The notes under the pieces are model-generated. The model was not told the origin of the DNA. It ran no database searches and saw only the letters and a program-made list of their open reading frames with translations. A stretch of 63,872 nt of DNA, the filler included, from Choristocarpus tenellus KU-1152 (taxonomy: Eukaryota > Protista > Phaeophyceae), in assembly GCA_964200185.2 (NCBI GenBank). It is 12 parts of 12 records of this genome, joined end to end, with 100 filler letters (N's around TTAATTAATTAA, not from the genome) between each part and the next. Parts side by side here need not be neighbours in the genome. Positions count along the whole stretch, not along the records: positions 13,083 to 19,562 come from CAXNAD020008047.1; positions 19,663 to 32,843 come from CAXNAD020001562.1; 10 more parts are not named here. One strand, 5' to 3'. The first letter of the stretch is position 1, and each line of letters begins with the position of its first letter. Position numbers and translations under genes: made by a program. Positions 13,174 to 25,900 of this stretch are shown here, in pieces.

Positions 13174-14751
13174 TAGATCATCCTGAAATTATTCTGCCTG
13201 TGAGCCTGGACAACACCCAGAACTTTCCACTGCACAAAAGCAGTGAATTTAAGTATTGCATTTTGTATTTGTAATATCATACATCAAAAATATATTTGAA
13301 GTACAAAGTAACAACGATAAGGTAAACCTTTTACTGACGGGACCAACCTGGTCTGGTGCATAAAATGTTTATGGAGGGCTGGGCTGGGGCAAATCAACTT
13401 CAACAAGGTCGGACCAAAGGTGTGTCTTCACTACTCCCTTCGTGCTGGACCCACTAGCCCTCTTTCCACCCATCACTTGAGTCACCAGCTCGTCCTGAAA
13501 CTGCTCTGGCTGTGTGGCTAAATGCCCCAAACTCTCCATCACAAAGGTGTTGAGGTTACAAGGCCTGTCACAATATAACTTGTAATCTCATACTAGTAAG
13601 TTAAAAAATGTATTTGAATTGTATGATAGTAGTAGTATGTTTTTGTTTGGTGTTGTTAAAACCTTTTCGGGGTATGAAATATTCACGCCAAGGACCAATA
13701 GTATCCCAGAGGGTGGGAGGGGGGGTTAGCCCAGGTCGTCCATCCTGAGCTTGCTGGGGTGTTGTAAAACGTCCCAATTTGATGCCGGGCTGGGTAGTGA
13801 TCTTCCTTCGGATTTGGTCCAGGCAGGGGATCCAGATGAAGGGAATTGCCCTTACATGTGACATGTTTTCACTCAAATGACATAGAAACCACAGCAAGGC
13901 TATATAGGCCCCGAATGGACACCTGACACCCCACTAGGATACTGTGGGCTAGTCCTGTCTAAATACCACTCCTTGGTTGGAACTACGTAGTATGTAGTAC
14001 TACTTCGATCTGTGCTTTCAGAGATATAACGTGACCTGCTGGTACACTACACTATGTTAACCCCCACGGCCAACATCTCCAAAATACCAGTCAGTGGGCA
14101 TGAATTATATCAAAGTAAGTTCTTGTACGAATCAGCTGAGTAGATTTGAGAATTGAGCTGTCACGGGGCTACCTTAATGTGGGACCAATTACTGCACCTG
14201 CATAGCAAACCTTTCTCCAGAGGTTGACCGAACCAAGTGACCAGATCCGGTCACAATCTCTGACGACCCTGGACTAGCCTTTCTTCAAATCCGTTGACTA
14301 GGGCTGACCCATGGCTCAGTTGGAAAAAATGTTTGATACTAGCTGTGATTGTCAAGGTGACAATAATTGGACATTTGGGCTGACTATGTCCGAGCTTAAG
14401 ACAGAAAACATGTATATGCCTTTGACCTATCAACGAGGCTGCAGCAGACATTATGCAGATCAGGGCTTCCGACCAGAGCCAAAAGCAGTGTGAAACGTTT
14501 GTTTAGCTGAGCCATATTAACTGAGAGCTAGGCAAGGTTGCATTTTAAGGATCCGAGAAGGGACAAAAATATTAGTGTTGTACAATTGCAGAAAAAGAGA
14601 CTTCGCTGAATTGTGGACTCATTTTGTGTGTGGAAAGAGGGAACATCGACTTTGGGTACGTTATTGTGGACATAAGCAATGAATTAGAGTGTATTTACAC
14701 GACAGGGTAAGAAATGTGGCTTAGAATGTGAAAGGGCGCGAAGCTGCCTAC

Positions 14752-15686
14752 CTCTGAGGCATCATCAGCGTTGATCTTGATACCCTCGCCAAGATCAATT
14801 GGAAGATCGAAGAAGTCTGTGGCTGTTTCCACAAGTACACTCAACATGCTTTGTGACAGAACCACAGTGTATCGCTTGAGTTTAAGATGTGAATACTCAA
14901 TACTAATGAAGTATTCGATGCCCTGTTTCGTAGTCGTTGTATAACTGGACACTCCACCAGGATCACTACGTCAACCTTCATTCTCATTACCATTAATTTC
15001 TCTAAGGTTGCAATCGATTTTGCGGACGGGAATGCATCATGTAGTCCTACAAAGATGTCCTTGTGAGGCTGTGGATGACAGCATCAAGGCGACCGCTAAA
15101 AAGGAGGATCTTGTTTGTAGGATCGGTTGTACATAATATGGGGGATAAGCGACTCCTTAAGGAGTTGTTTTTTCGGACAGAAAGGGTAGCAACGTGGAAA
15201 TGAGAAGGATCCAGATGAATATGTTTGCAACGTAACCTCAAGAAATTTGGGATCACTGTCAAAGGATGGTGGACAAGGGCGACAAAATCAATAGATACCG
15301 TGCTCACACATATGCGTGGTTGATGGAGGCAAGTGCTTTGTGGCCTGTTGATATGCCACAGAATACAGAGATAATAACCTAGAACTGACCGGTTCTGGTC
15401 TATACTATCCGTGATATGGCGGGGCCAGGGTCCGGCTTAAACCTCGTTCCAATTGCAATATTTGACGCACTCTCTGGTTGAAGTCTCTGACAGTCTTGAA
15501 GGGGCCATGTTGAAACATATCTCCGATCTCATTACCAATCTCTCTGGGTATGATTTAAATCTCTGACAACCTTGGACTGTCTCTATCGTAAAACATTTTT
15601 GTGGGGCAGGCCTGGGGTTGAACCCCTTCATAATTTCCCGACCTAGTGAAAACCTCTGACCTACCGAGTTTGATTATTTTGGGCAT
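14752..15686 (-). CDS. Putative multi-exon gene of unknown function (exons 15665-15686, 15443-15543, 15051-15109, 14752-14848; possible last exon 13369-13564)
   Basis: Four AG/GT-bounded segments splice in frame: MPKIIKL-ERLVMRSEIC...YCNWNE-ILLFSGRLDAVIHSLTRTSF-MLSVLVETATDFFDLPIDLGEGIKINADDASE. No family recognised. One donor (GTTTAA) is weak and the link to the last exon is unresolved. Confidence 0.35.
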
Positions 15687-15813
15687 ATTGGTTTGGTTTT
15701 GATGCATGATTTGGATACGATCATGTTAAACATGTCGGAAGGTGGTGAGGCGTTGCGCTTATTGCTGCTACTAGAATGTTTTTATGCACACTTTGGAGTT
15801 TAGACACAGTGCC

Positions 15814-16103
15814 TGCCATGTTTATTGTACTGATAATACACGACAGTGCAGAAACAAGTGACGTTTTTTTTTTTTCACATGAGGCCTAAAGAACGTTAAG
15901 GCCATGTTCGAATTCTATTACTTCTACAACAACAGTACAGTACATAGTACTGTNNNNNNNNNNTGCCATGTTTATTGTACTGATAATACACGACAGTGCA
16001 GAAACAAGTGACGTTTTTTTTTTTTTCACATGAGGCCTAAAGAACGTTAAGGCCATGTTCGAATGCTATTACTACTACAACAACAGTACAGTACATAGTA
16101 CTG
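15814..16103. repeat. 140-bp direct duplication either side of a 10-N gap (likely scaffolding artefact)
   Basis: 15814-15953 and 15964-16103 are identical except for 2 substitutions. Confidence 0.85.
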
Positions 16104-16290
16104 TCTTGTTGGTGTGTAGTATGTTCGAGGTGTAAGCTAAACCCTTACTCAGTTGTCTGGACGTTAGCTAACAAGGCAATAACCACGCTGGTTTTGGGAT
16201 AGAAGTAGATGTATGTGGGGACGAGGCACTGTTGAGCTGCCATCTTGGGAAGAAGATCTGGAAGCCTGTCAGAGTGTTGAGGTGTTACCG

Positions 16291-17718
16291 ATGATTCTCT
16301 TGTCGGTTCCTAGTGACCTGGAGGCCCTTCTTCGAGAGGTTTCCAGGTGGGTTTGGTGACAGCATGAGAGGGAAAAGCTGCGATTGGAATGCGATACATA
16401 GCGTGTATTTTCAAGTCGCCTGATACCTTGATGTTTTGATACCGAGGCCATCACTGGTCTTAGAGGGGCGTGTCCCTTCAAGAGGTCGATGCAAAATTGG
16501 GAGGCAACCCCCATCCCCCCATTTCCTTCGGTGCTGAGGTTGTGTTGTCTTGGGGTATTGATAAATGCTGATTTGCTTAGGATGCGGGAAAAGAAAAATT
16601 GTGTCTCTTCGGTCGGTGCACCAACACACTACTCCCAATCGTGCTGATCACCTTCACACCTGATCCGTTTCCCTCAAATTTCCTGGTGTCTGCAGGGATG
16701 AAGGGGTAGACGAAGACTTAAGGCGGAAGATATCCGATCATCTCGAGCCAGTGTACAATCTCGATGATGGTCTGGGAAAGCGTAGGGGAGTACCACCTTC
16801 TGTGTTAGCCAGTGCTGCCCCATATGTGATTCGGAGAAACAGTCCTGGGTACAGCTTGTTCGACCTAACACAGGGGGGAAGATTTTTTTTCCCTCAAGAG
16901 ACCAAGCCGATCAAAACCGAGGAGGTTAGTGCTTGAGTTTGCGTTCTTTTTACGTATAGGTGTGGTGACCTTGCAAACAAATGCCAAAAGTTCTGACTGG
17001 TGGTACCGATAGGATGCTCAATCGCTGTCATATCGAACCTGCGTCAATGGGCGTTACTTATGCTTTAAGTTCTGAAACCAATATCATGCTATCCACTGCA
17101 GCAGTAACGAACTTCCAGCCTTCAATCAACTCCCCGTGGCCAGGTACCCCATGATAATCTATGTTTTGAAACATGCCCTTCGGCGATCAACCCTTGTTTG
17201 TGTACAGGAACAAGCAAGTTACGAGGAGAGAAGAAAGCAGCTACTCTTACTCCAAGAGCAGAGAGATTATGCACGGATGACCTCTAACATTCAAAGGTAC
17301 CGTAAGGGTTTGCATCGTCCTCCCTAAACCATGTCCATAGTGACTGGATTGCACTACCACAACCCCTCCAACTGTATACTATAGATTCGCCATTAAATAG
17401 TGCATCTAATCCTTGGATCGTGACCAGGCTTTGAATCTTAGAAAATTGAAATCCAATTGTTGAACAGGTATCACCTTGTATTTTCAAGACTGTGGTGTGT
17501 CCTTGAGTCTTTGACAGTTAAGTGACGCAACTCCCCATCACTCTGCTACAATGAAATGGGTCAAAAAAAGGACACCACGGGAGACTGTACGTGACATCCA
17601 GGCAACATTTAAGTTCCAGGCAGGTATGGGTGCCAACATGGTGTTAGCGGTGGCGTCAGCCTTCATCCTGAGCTACTGGGCCAGCAGATATGTTGTGGGC
17701 ACGGGGAAGACCTCTCAT
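16291..17718 (+). CDS. VMA12: V-ATPase assembly factor VMA12/TMEM199-like; exons 16291-16346, 16696-16924, 17208-17296, 17571-17718 (3' end not found)
   Basis: Exons splice in phase. Reads ...YEERRKQLLLLQEQRDYARMTSNIQRTPRE...FKFQAGMGANMVLAVASAFILSYWASRY, i.e. the E.R.Y..MT.N helix followed by a TM segment, typical of Vma12. Confidence 0.75.
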
Positions 17719-19252
17719 GTGAGTTTCTGTGGGAGGGCTGTGCCTTGCTATGATTTGGCACAAGAGAGTGGGTGGGGAGGGAGATGGGAGTATAGAGATA
17801 CAGTGGCACTAGTGATTTTTGAAATCTGTGACGGAATTAGGTCAGGAGCACAGCATCAATCCAACTGAAAAGCATACATATTGTGCATAGAAGGAGGGTT
17901 TAGATGTCGCATTTGTCTCATTGTTTGATGCACACACTGTGAGCATTTACAGACCTTGTGGCTGTCTTGATTGCTAAGAATTCGGCACCCGGCACAATTG
18001 GGCGACCAAGGCCTGTGGTTCTGCTGCTTCTCAGGAGTTCAAGTTGCACAGCCGCATTTAACTCGAGCAAGCTCATTCCTGATGCCCGTATATGGAATCA
18101 TTTTTCTCACTTAATAGTTTGATGTGTTTGTGCAATGTTTGGGAAAAGATGCTCAAATGAACATTGCGATGGTGCCCTTCAATTTTCGAGTGCTGTTTGT
18201 GGGGATGCAAATTTCCTCTTGCTATTGACAAGAGTAGTGGAAGGTGGAGTAACTGATAAGTGTGTTTGTCCTTGTGGGACCTTGCCTGGTCACTGTTCTG
18301 CTGTTGCTTTGTTGTTAAAATGTCCTCATGGAATCCCGTCCCCCACACTGTTACTAACAAAGGAAGAGGGGAGGGGGAGGAGGGTGCAATGGGGGAAAGT
18401 AAGTCAGGGGAGTTGTGATGTGTATTTGGAGGGATGTTAGACACAAATCTTGTTCCCTTCTGCCTGCAGTTTTAAGGTTCTTCTCTGGTGTGCAACAACT
18501 TCAGAACAGAGAAGTGTCTGTCTTGTGAACTACTGAGTTCCAATGTGGATGGTCATTTGTACTTGATTGTTGTGTTTGCTCAAAATATCAACACACTGTA
18601 ACCCAATTCATGACTTTGCTGCTCCTGGGGGCATCCCAGTAGTAACTGTTCTGGTGGCAAGGGGAAAGGGTGTATGTTGCACACTTTGCTGTTTGAGCTT
18701 CAGCGTTTATATTGTGTCAGTCAGCTGAGTTTGTGGGGGGCTTGATGTGCTGCCTCTTTGACTCTAGGAAGGGTGCTGCCGCATTTGCCAATAATCCTTT
18801 TTTCTATGATCTCTACCTCCACACTGTGTTGTTCCTGCTTCTGGGCGTTCTGGAAGTATTTCACATCAGGGGAGATTGGCGACGCCTTTGTAATTTGAGC
18901 GGTAAATACGTTGCTGTCGTCGATGAGTGACATAGCCGAGCAGTTTTTTTTTTAAGTTTTTTTTTTTCTTCTTCAAAATACCTCATCCCGTTGGTTATTT
19001 TTGGTCTGTGCGGCTTGTGGGCTCTACCTAGTGAAAAGGACACCCTCTTCAAGAACCAGACAAGGCTCGGCCGCTGACGCTGCCGTCCTAAAGCTGATAA
19101 TTTTCCCAACTGAATGCGCTGGCCTACTATCTGCTTACGATGATGCCACTAAAAACACTGTACTGAATGAAGTTACAGGGGTTATTGTCGAGGGATCTGA
19201 GTTTGATGCAAAGTATCGCTTTTTAGGTTGTGCTGATTGATATTTTGTTGCT

Positions 19253-19310
19253 GATAGTGTACTACGATAGATAGTGTACTACGATTGATAGTGTACTACG
19301 ATAGATAGTG
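19253..19310. repeat. 17-bp tandem repeat (GATAGTGTACTACGATA, about 3.4 copies)
   Basis: Read directly from the sequence; no spacers between units. Confidence 0.9.
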
Positions 19311-19805
19311 CTGTGAATCGGCACGGTTTGATTAGATCGCGATGATTATGAATTGAAAATGATAGGGAGGGGTAACTCTTTGCACTAATGTGTGCTGTGA
19401 GCTCTGCTTGTCCAGGTTGGCGATTTTTTTTTTTGCCTCGGGTCACGCAGGGCATCTGCGTTTCTGTCCTACTAGATTACACCGCATGTTCTGAGCTGAT
19501 TGAAGTTTTGCTTTTTTTATTTATTGGTTTTATTCGGAGGTGTGCTAGGGTGTAGGGATTGGNNNNNNNNNNNNNNNNNNNNNNNNNNNNNNNNNNNNNN
19601 NNNNNNTTAATTAATTAANNNNNNNNNNNNNNNNNNNNNNNNNNNNNNNNNNNNNNNNNNNNGGGATACACTATTGGGTATGGAAAACATGTATGCGGGA
19701 TGTATTGCAGAGGATTTTTTTTTTCTTTAGAGTAGGGCATGCCATGCAGAAAAGGCCAAGATGGGCGTACCTCTAGTTGATAGTACTTGTAATGTCCATG
19801 TTTGG

Positions 19806-19893
19806 TTCTAGGTCCTATGTTCTAAGTCCTAGATTCTAAGTCCTAGATTCTAGTTTCTAGGTTCTAGGTTCTAGTGTGTAGGTTCTAGGTTCT
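19806..19893. repeat. Degenerate 7-bp tandem repeat (TTCTAGG/TCCTAGA)
   Basis: Read directly from the sequence. Confidence 0.85.
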
Positions 19894-19987
19894 GCGCATT
19901 GATCCTTTTCTGCAATAGTGTATCCCCCCCTTACTGTAGTGTTATCATTTCAACTCGATCCTTACACTTAAGCTTGTGAATCTTCAG

Positions 19988-22900
19988 AAATGACACCGTG
20001 AAGGCAAGAAGGGCATGGAGGGGCAGGGGTGCTACAACGGGCGGGATATCTGTAGGAAGTCTCCTTGCAATCGATGGCAAAGTTACGACTGTGCACAGTG
20101 AGCTTGAGGGGGAGAGGGGGAATGTGAGCGACAGTTTTTTTTCTGCACCAGTGGATCAGGCGTTAGGAGGAAAGGTAACTCTGCCTTTGAACAACCCTAT
20201 TTTTACTGTTATTGAATTTCATTCGGTGTATATAGTAATGTTGTTAGAAAAAGAAGAAACAACTTGCTTATCAAATTTTGCCCATCTTTTTTTTTTCAGA
20301 GAGTACAGGTATGTATGTATATTATTTACTTTTGATATATATTTCTCGAAAGCCACTTTTGTAGATTTTCTATTGGGAAGATTTTTTGAGATTTGAATGT
20401 AAGAGACGCCTTGGCATTAATTATATCTTACATTTTTCCTTCATTGCCTTGGTGAATATGCCTTCGTATATGTTACCAAACCGCTCCAGGCATTCTTCTG
20501 CGATGCATCTCTTTGGTAGACAGAGACATTGATTGGTTTTGTATGATGTTTTTCAGGCGTTAAACTTCTATCGCAAGAGAGTGCGTTCTGCATTGCACAA
20601 TCGACAAAGCCACTACAACATACTACAAGTATGTCAAGGACAGGATTTCTAAAAACATAATTAGCCCCTTCTCCAAATATCCAATACATCACGGGCAAGG
20701 CATGTATCATCGCCTCAACGCCTTCCTGTTCTACAAGAAAACTTATGAACTCAAGAAAGATCACTGTTGTGAACCGGAAATAGGACACTGAAATTAGAAC
20801 AAACGTGGCTTTAATTACTACTGTGAGCGCAGGACAGTACTCCAGAATTTATTTATTTTTTGCTGACCCAAAGTGAAAAGTAGCCTTCACATGGAGATTT
20901 AAACCGGCTCTTTGTGTTGGTATGGAAGAAGGGAGGAGAGATGGGAGCCTCACACGATCCCCCCTTTGCTGAATGTGATCATGTGGTTGAAAAGAGAAGA
21001 GTGACATTATTGTAGATGGAGGGTGGGGCTTGGTTTAGCACCTGTTGCTTCTAGAAGGAATCACTAACCCTGAACGCCTGCAACGCTTCTAGAAAAAAAA
21101 AAATTCTCCCATCATCGGTGTATAGAAAAAACGTTTTAAACATGTGGACATCGAAACTCGGAATTAATTTTCGATTAATATCCCACTGAGATATGAACGA
21201 TGATCCCGAATGCTTTCGGTTAGATGTAACTGCAACTCATAGCATTCTGAACAACAATCTCTCTTCCAATGATGTGTCCCTGGTTGCAGTTTGTGCCACT
21301 CTTTCCTATCTCTTCCTTATTTTACCCTTTCTGATGCTTACCTCGGTCTCCTTCTTGTCCAACAACACATTACATGACCCCTTCCCAGATTTTTTATCCA
21401 ATGTTTCTTGTTTTGATACTGAACTGCGATATCTGCATCTCATGGTGTAAGATGTAAAAAAGCATAGTTGTCCAAAATCAGCGTTGAAGTCTGCTTTTCC
21501 TCCATTGCACATACCCCTCTACACGGACGATTTCCGTTCCAGGTCAAGTCTACAGAGGTGTTTGAGAGGCACGGTGGACAAGGGGCTATGTTGCTTAAGC
21601 TCGGAGGTCAGGACCTCCAGGGGGTGTTGTCTGAGGCGGAAATGAGGGCAAGGTAAAGGAAAAATGCATGTCTGCGTTCGCCTACCAAAGTCTCAATCTC
21701 CTGTGACTGAAACACACATTCCTCTATGACCCCCATCTGCTGTATATCATGCCTTAAATGTAGTGCATCATGGGCATGCATGAGATGGCGTTGAAATGGT
21801 GGGAGACAACGCCACTTTACGAGTTAATGTGACGCTCAACTTGAATTTTTTATGTAGAGCTAATGATGACCCTAACCTCTCTCCTCAAAGCTGTGGAAAA
21901 ATACTATGTTCTGGTTCCAACACAATAATCCCTAACCCAATCCTATGCTTCGGAGTTGTATAATCGTTCAGTCCAGGATCTAGCTGATAAACCTCCCTAC
22001 CCAATTTTCATTCCCCATAGAGGTTCACAACCTAGTAGATCAATGCTTCAAAACATACAATCGCATCAACATGATTTTAAGATGTAAGAGTTATCCTGCA
22101 CTTCAATGCGACTTTATGCTTCAACCTTGAACACCAGCCTTCCAAGCCCACACTCTTTCTCCATCTGCCATCCTCAAATCGTCAAGTAGGGAAGCTGCTG
22201 GCTCCGTTGCCGCAGACAGTTACAAGCAGGGGCAGGTCCACTATGACTCTGAGGCAAGTCTCTCCCAGCCTTACGAGCTCTTAGAGGAGTCAGGAATGGA
22301 CATATGGCCATCAGGTGTCCAAGTATTGCATGGGGAAAAGGACAGGGCAGTTATCGAGGCTGAGATGGATGCAACGATTCCTGCTTGTGCTGAGTCTGAG
22401 GTGGAACCTGCTGGGAAGGAATCAATCAAAGAGGCCCCAATTGTGAAAGGGAAGAGCGGAGATGTGATGGAGGAAGTCCAAAGCAGGCAGAGAGAGCTGG
22501 AGCAAAGACTAGATGAGGTACGCCTGAGGATAGGAACATTTCTTCAGCGTTGGGGAGGTGTTGGTCTGTAGGCTCGCCAGCAAAAATGAGCAGTTGGTCC
22601 CTCATAGTTTCAAGAATGGAAAAATAGATTAGGATTAGGAATGGTATGCTGGTGTTTTGTGATATGTATCTTCTTCTGCTATTCACTTACTACCTCTTAC
22701 ATAGTAAGGGTATACCCCTCAATCCGCCATACCTTGATTCAGTTTGTCGGTTAGTACTATTACATATGCAGTGGATGGTGATCAGGACATGATGAGGGAG
22801 CGAAGGAGAACTATCAAAGTTAGATGTTTATGGAAAGAAGCATTTGGTGGCAAAGGAGGTTATTGACACCGCCAGGTTTGGGGATAGGCAGGAAGGGATC

Positions 22901-25900
22901 GGGAAAGTTTTTTTTTGTGTGAATAGCAGCCTTGTGCAAAATGAGAGGTTAATTGATTTTTATTGTGCCTGCTGGTTAGTGTATTCAGTGTCTGACCAAA
23001 TATTATTACATTCCCCACATCTACATTGTAATTAGAAAAAATTCCAGTGCTACCTGCTTGTTTAATTTCAATGTCAGGATTTTAATCAGCAGTACGTAGG
23101 GAATGTCCTTTCTACACGCAAGTATTGAAACCACCCTGAAGTAACCTTAGCCCATCTCAATTATTATCATTGTAATGAGGAACTGATCCCACTTCTATTT
23201 TTTTTCTGTAATGCGGATTGAGCACATCTCCCTCCCACTATAAACCAAATAATCGCCATCCCCTATGGCGTTTATGTTGTTATTCACCCCAGTCTTCGTT
23301 CACTCCTTTACCTATCCAAGTGGCATTACACACACACACACACACACACACATGTGCAGACGCCTCTTTTATTTACACTGTTGTTGGTAAACCCACATTA
23401 CAACCTGCTCTCTCGCTGCTTTGGTCAGACACGTGCCAGCCTTTCAGAAACTGGAAGGGAAGCCAAGCGACTTTGTAAAGATCTAGCCATGGCCAAGGGA
23501 GACATGGAATCCCTCAAGGTGGAAGTGAACTTTCTCCAGAAGGGTATCAGGGGGACCCAAGTGAAAGGAGCTGAAGTCCTGGTGTGTGTATTTGTTTGGC
23601 AGCATTTGAAGCATGAATATGAATTGGAATTACACTGGGGATAAGGAATTTTCCTAGCTGAAGGTGTAAATGTAAAAGGGACTGAAGTTTCAATGGGGTT
23701 GAGGGGGTAGGGTCATTGGACATCGAACTTCAAAGCGTGATGTTATCCAAGGGGCCTTACACACAACATTAAGGACAGCCATGCACAATTGAAATTCATA
23801 TATTGATAGACTGCAGGACAACAGGGTTGGCTTGATGGGGGTGGATGAGTACGTGTGGATAAGAAGGTCGGCAAGAAAAGGAGGTGTGACAAGTCACAGT
23901 CATTGAGAGTTTGAGGTTGTGAACACTTTGTCCAGAAAGAAAGAGGTGAAAAGTGCAATAGGGAGACTGGTATTGATATTAGGCAGGGGGTGGGAGAAAT
24001 ATATGCTGCTGGGAACCCATTTTTAAAGGAAGGTCCCCACAATATAGTTTGTTTCCATGAGCAAACCTGAATCACCCAGTTCTTGATGCAGCTAATCTAC
24101 TCCTCAAGCATGATCTCTGTTACTAATCACTCTTCCAAGACGTTTCTAGCTTTTGGCCGCAAACCTTTTTCAACACATACACCTGACCTCTGGCCGCTTT
24201 GACCCACCTTGACCAGGGCGGTATGGCACTCATGACCCAGGCAGCAGAGATCCCCAGCTGCCACATCCTAGCATCTGACTCAGAGATTCAACGGCAAAAC
24301 ACTGCAATCCTTAACAATGTGAGAATGCCATCTCAGGAACACCCCCCTGAGGTACAGTCAAACGCCACCAACAGGCTGGAGTTGCCGACCAAAAATCATG
24401 ATGCTGGCAGTAACTGTTGCTGCGCTGCGGGTCAGAAAGCCTTCCACCCTGGAGTGGTAGACACTACCACGTGTTTTCCTGGCCCTTCAGCAGTTTCTGC
24501 TGTGGCAGACCTGTCAGGTTGCAGTAGGCCATCAAATCGTTCAGTACCTGGGAAGGAGGAGGTTCTAGGCGTTGGGACTTCATCTTCTTCTGTGATGGGG
24601 TTAGCTGCAGAGGAAGCAGCAGCAGAATCCTTCATTTCGAAGAAAGGAAAGGCATTGACAGACTCCTCAAGACTGGAAGCACGTTTCACGCTAGCTCCAG
24701 ATAGTCTCCCTCTAGCTGCTGCCGAAGGATCCTTATTAGATTCCGCAGAAAGGAAGGAACAGGTGTGCTCTTGCTTTTAAAGAAAATATTAATGGATTGA
24801 TGAGATTTTTCCTGACTAATAGCATCCTTATCCGACTTCCTTTCCTTCTTTTCACACCTCCATCCATGCCTACTTGTCCTTCACACTAATGAACCCTCAT
24901 AAATGATGCATTCAAATGGAACTACATGACGCCTTCAAAACGTAACCCGGCAAAGGTTGATGCATCGGCTCTTCCTAAGGAGAGGGGAACTTACACAGAT
25001 ACTGTTTATAGGCCTGCCTTGGTCCATTGGGAGTCTAAGGCCCACCTAATGGACCTCCAATTGTCCAACAGTTCAGAAACGAATTGTGGTTCTTGTGTAG
25101 ACAGACACAAGGTCAGAGACATGGCTGGGTGTAGGAAGGAAGCCGCTGCCATTGCAGAAAGTTCGACCTCATCTATTTCGAGGCAGCTGCAGGTACAGCT
25201 GAACGCGGCTGTCGAGGCTAAGGAAGAGGTGGAGGGGGAGGTCCACGACCTGCTTGGTATGCTGCATTGTACTAGAGAAGAAGCAGCACAGTTCAGATCG
25301 GTAGCAGAGACCAGGATGTTGTCTCTCGAGCAAGTATGTGAGGAAGCTGACAAGAGTGGTGCACATGTGAGTTGTTGATGAAGCAAGAAAGAGCTGGAAG
25401 TGTTGCAATATCGATGCAATGTTTTGGGTGAGACTTGGGAGATGTGCACAGGGAAGTGGTTGTACTCTTACAATGTTCTACGTGAAGGTCCCGTTCAATC
25501 ATGAAAACATGATGAGGATAATCCGGTCATTCCTTTCGAAGAATGTATGTAATACATTCGATGGTTGCGATTGTCAGTATCAATAGACGAGATGGAACAA
25601 GTTTTGGAAGTCCAACTATGGGATCTAGATATTGTGATTTTTTCCTGAAAGGCACAGTCCGCATTGATGTTGAGGAATAAAACGAAAGAGGCGTGTTTAT
25701 ATATATGCACAACCTCTTATTGGAAGCCCAAGGTTGAACAAGAATAACTTCTCTGGGGAATGCAGAGAGATGATTACCATCGAGCTCTAGGGGTCTAACC
25801 TGAGTTGCATCATTGCCATTGCCTTGGAGAGAATGATAAATTGTTTATAAAAAATAAGAAATGACCACAATACAAATGATACCTCAAGTATACCTGTATC

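Noticed and set aside
15814-16103. Biological tandem duplication
   Set aside because: The copies flank a 10-N scaffold gap exactly, typical of an unmerged overlap.
19253-19310. Short repeats here and at 47946-48065 as possible CRISPR arrays
   Set aside because: Head-to-tail units without unique spacers, no cas genes, eukaryotic context.
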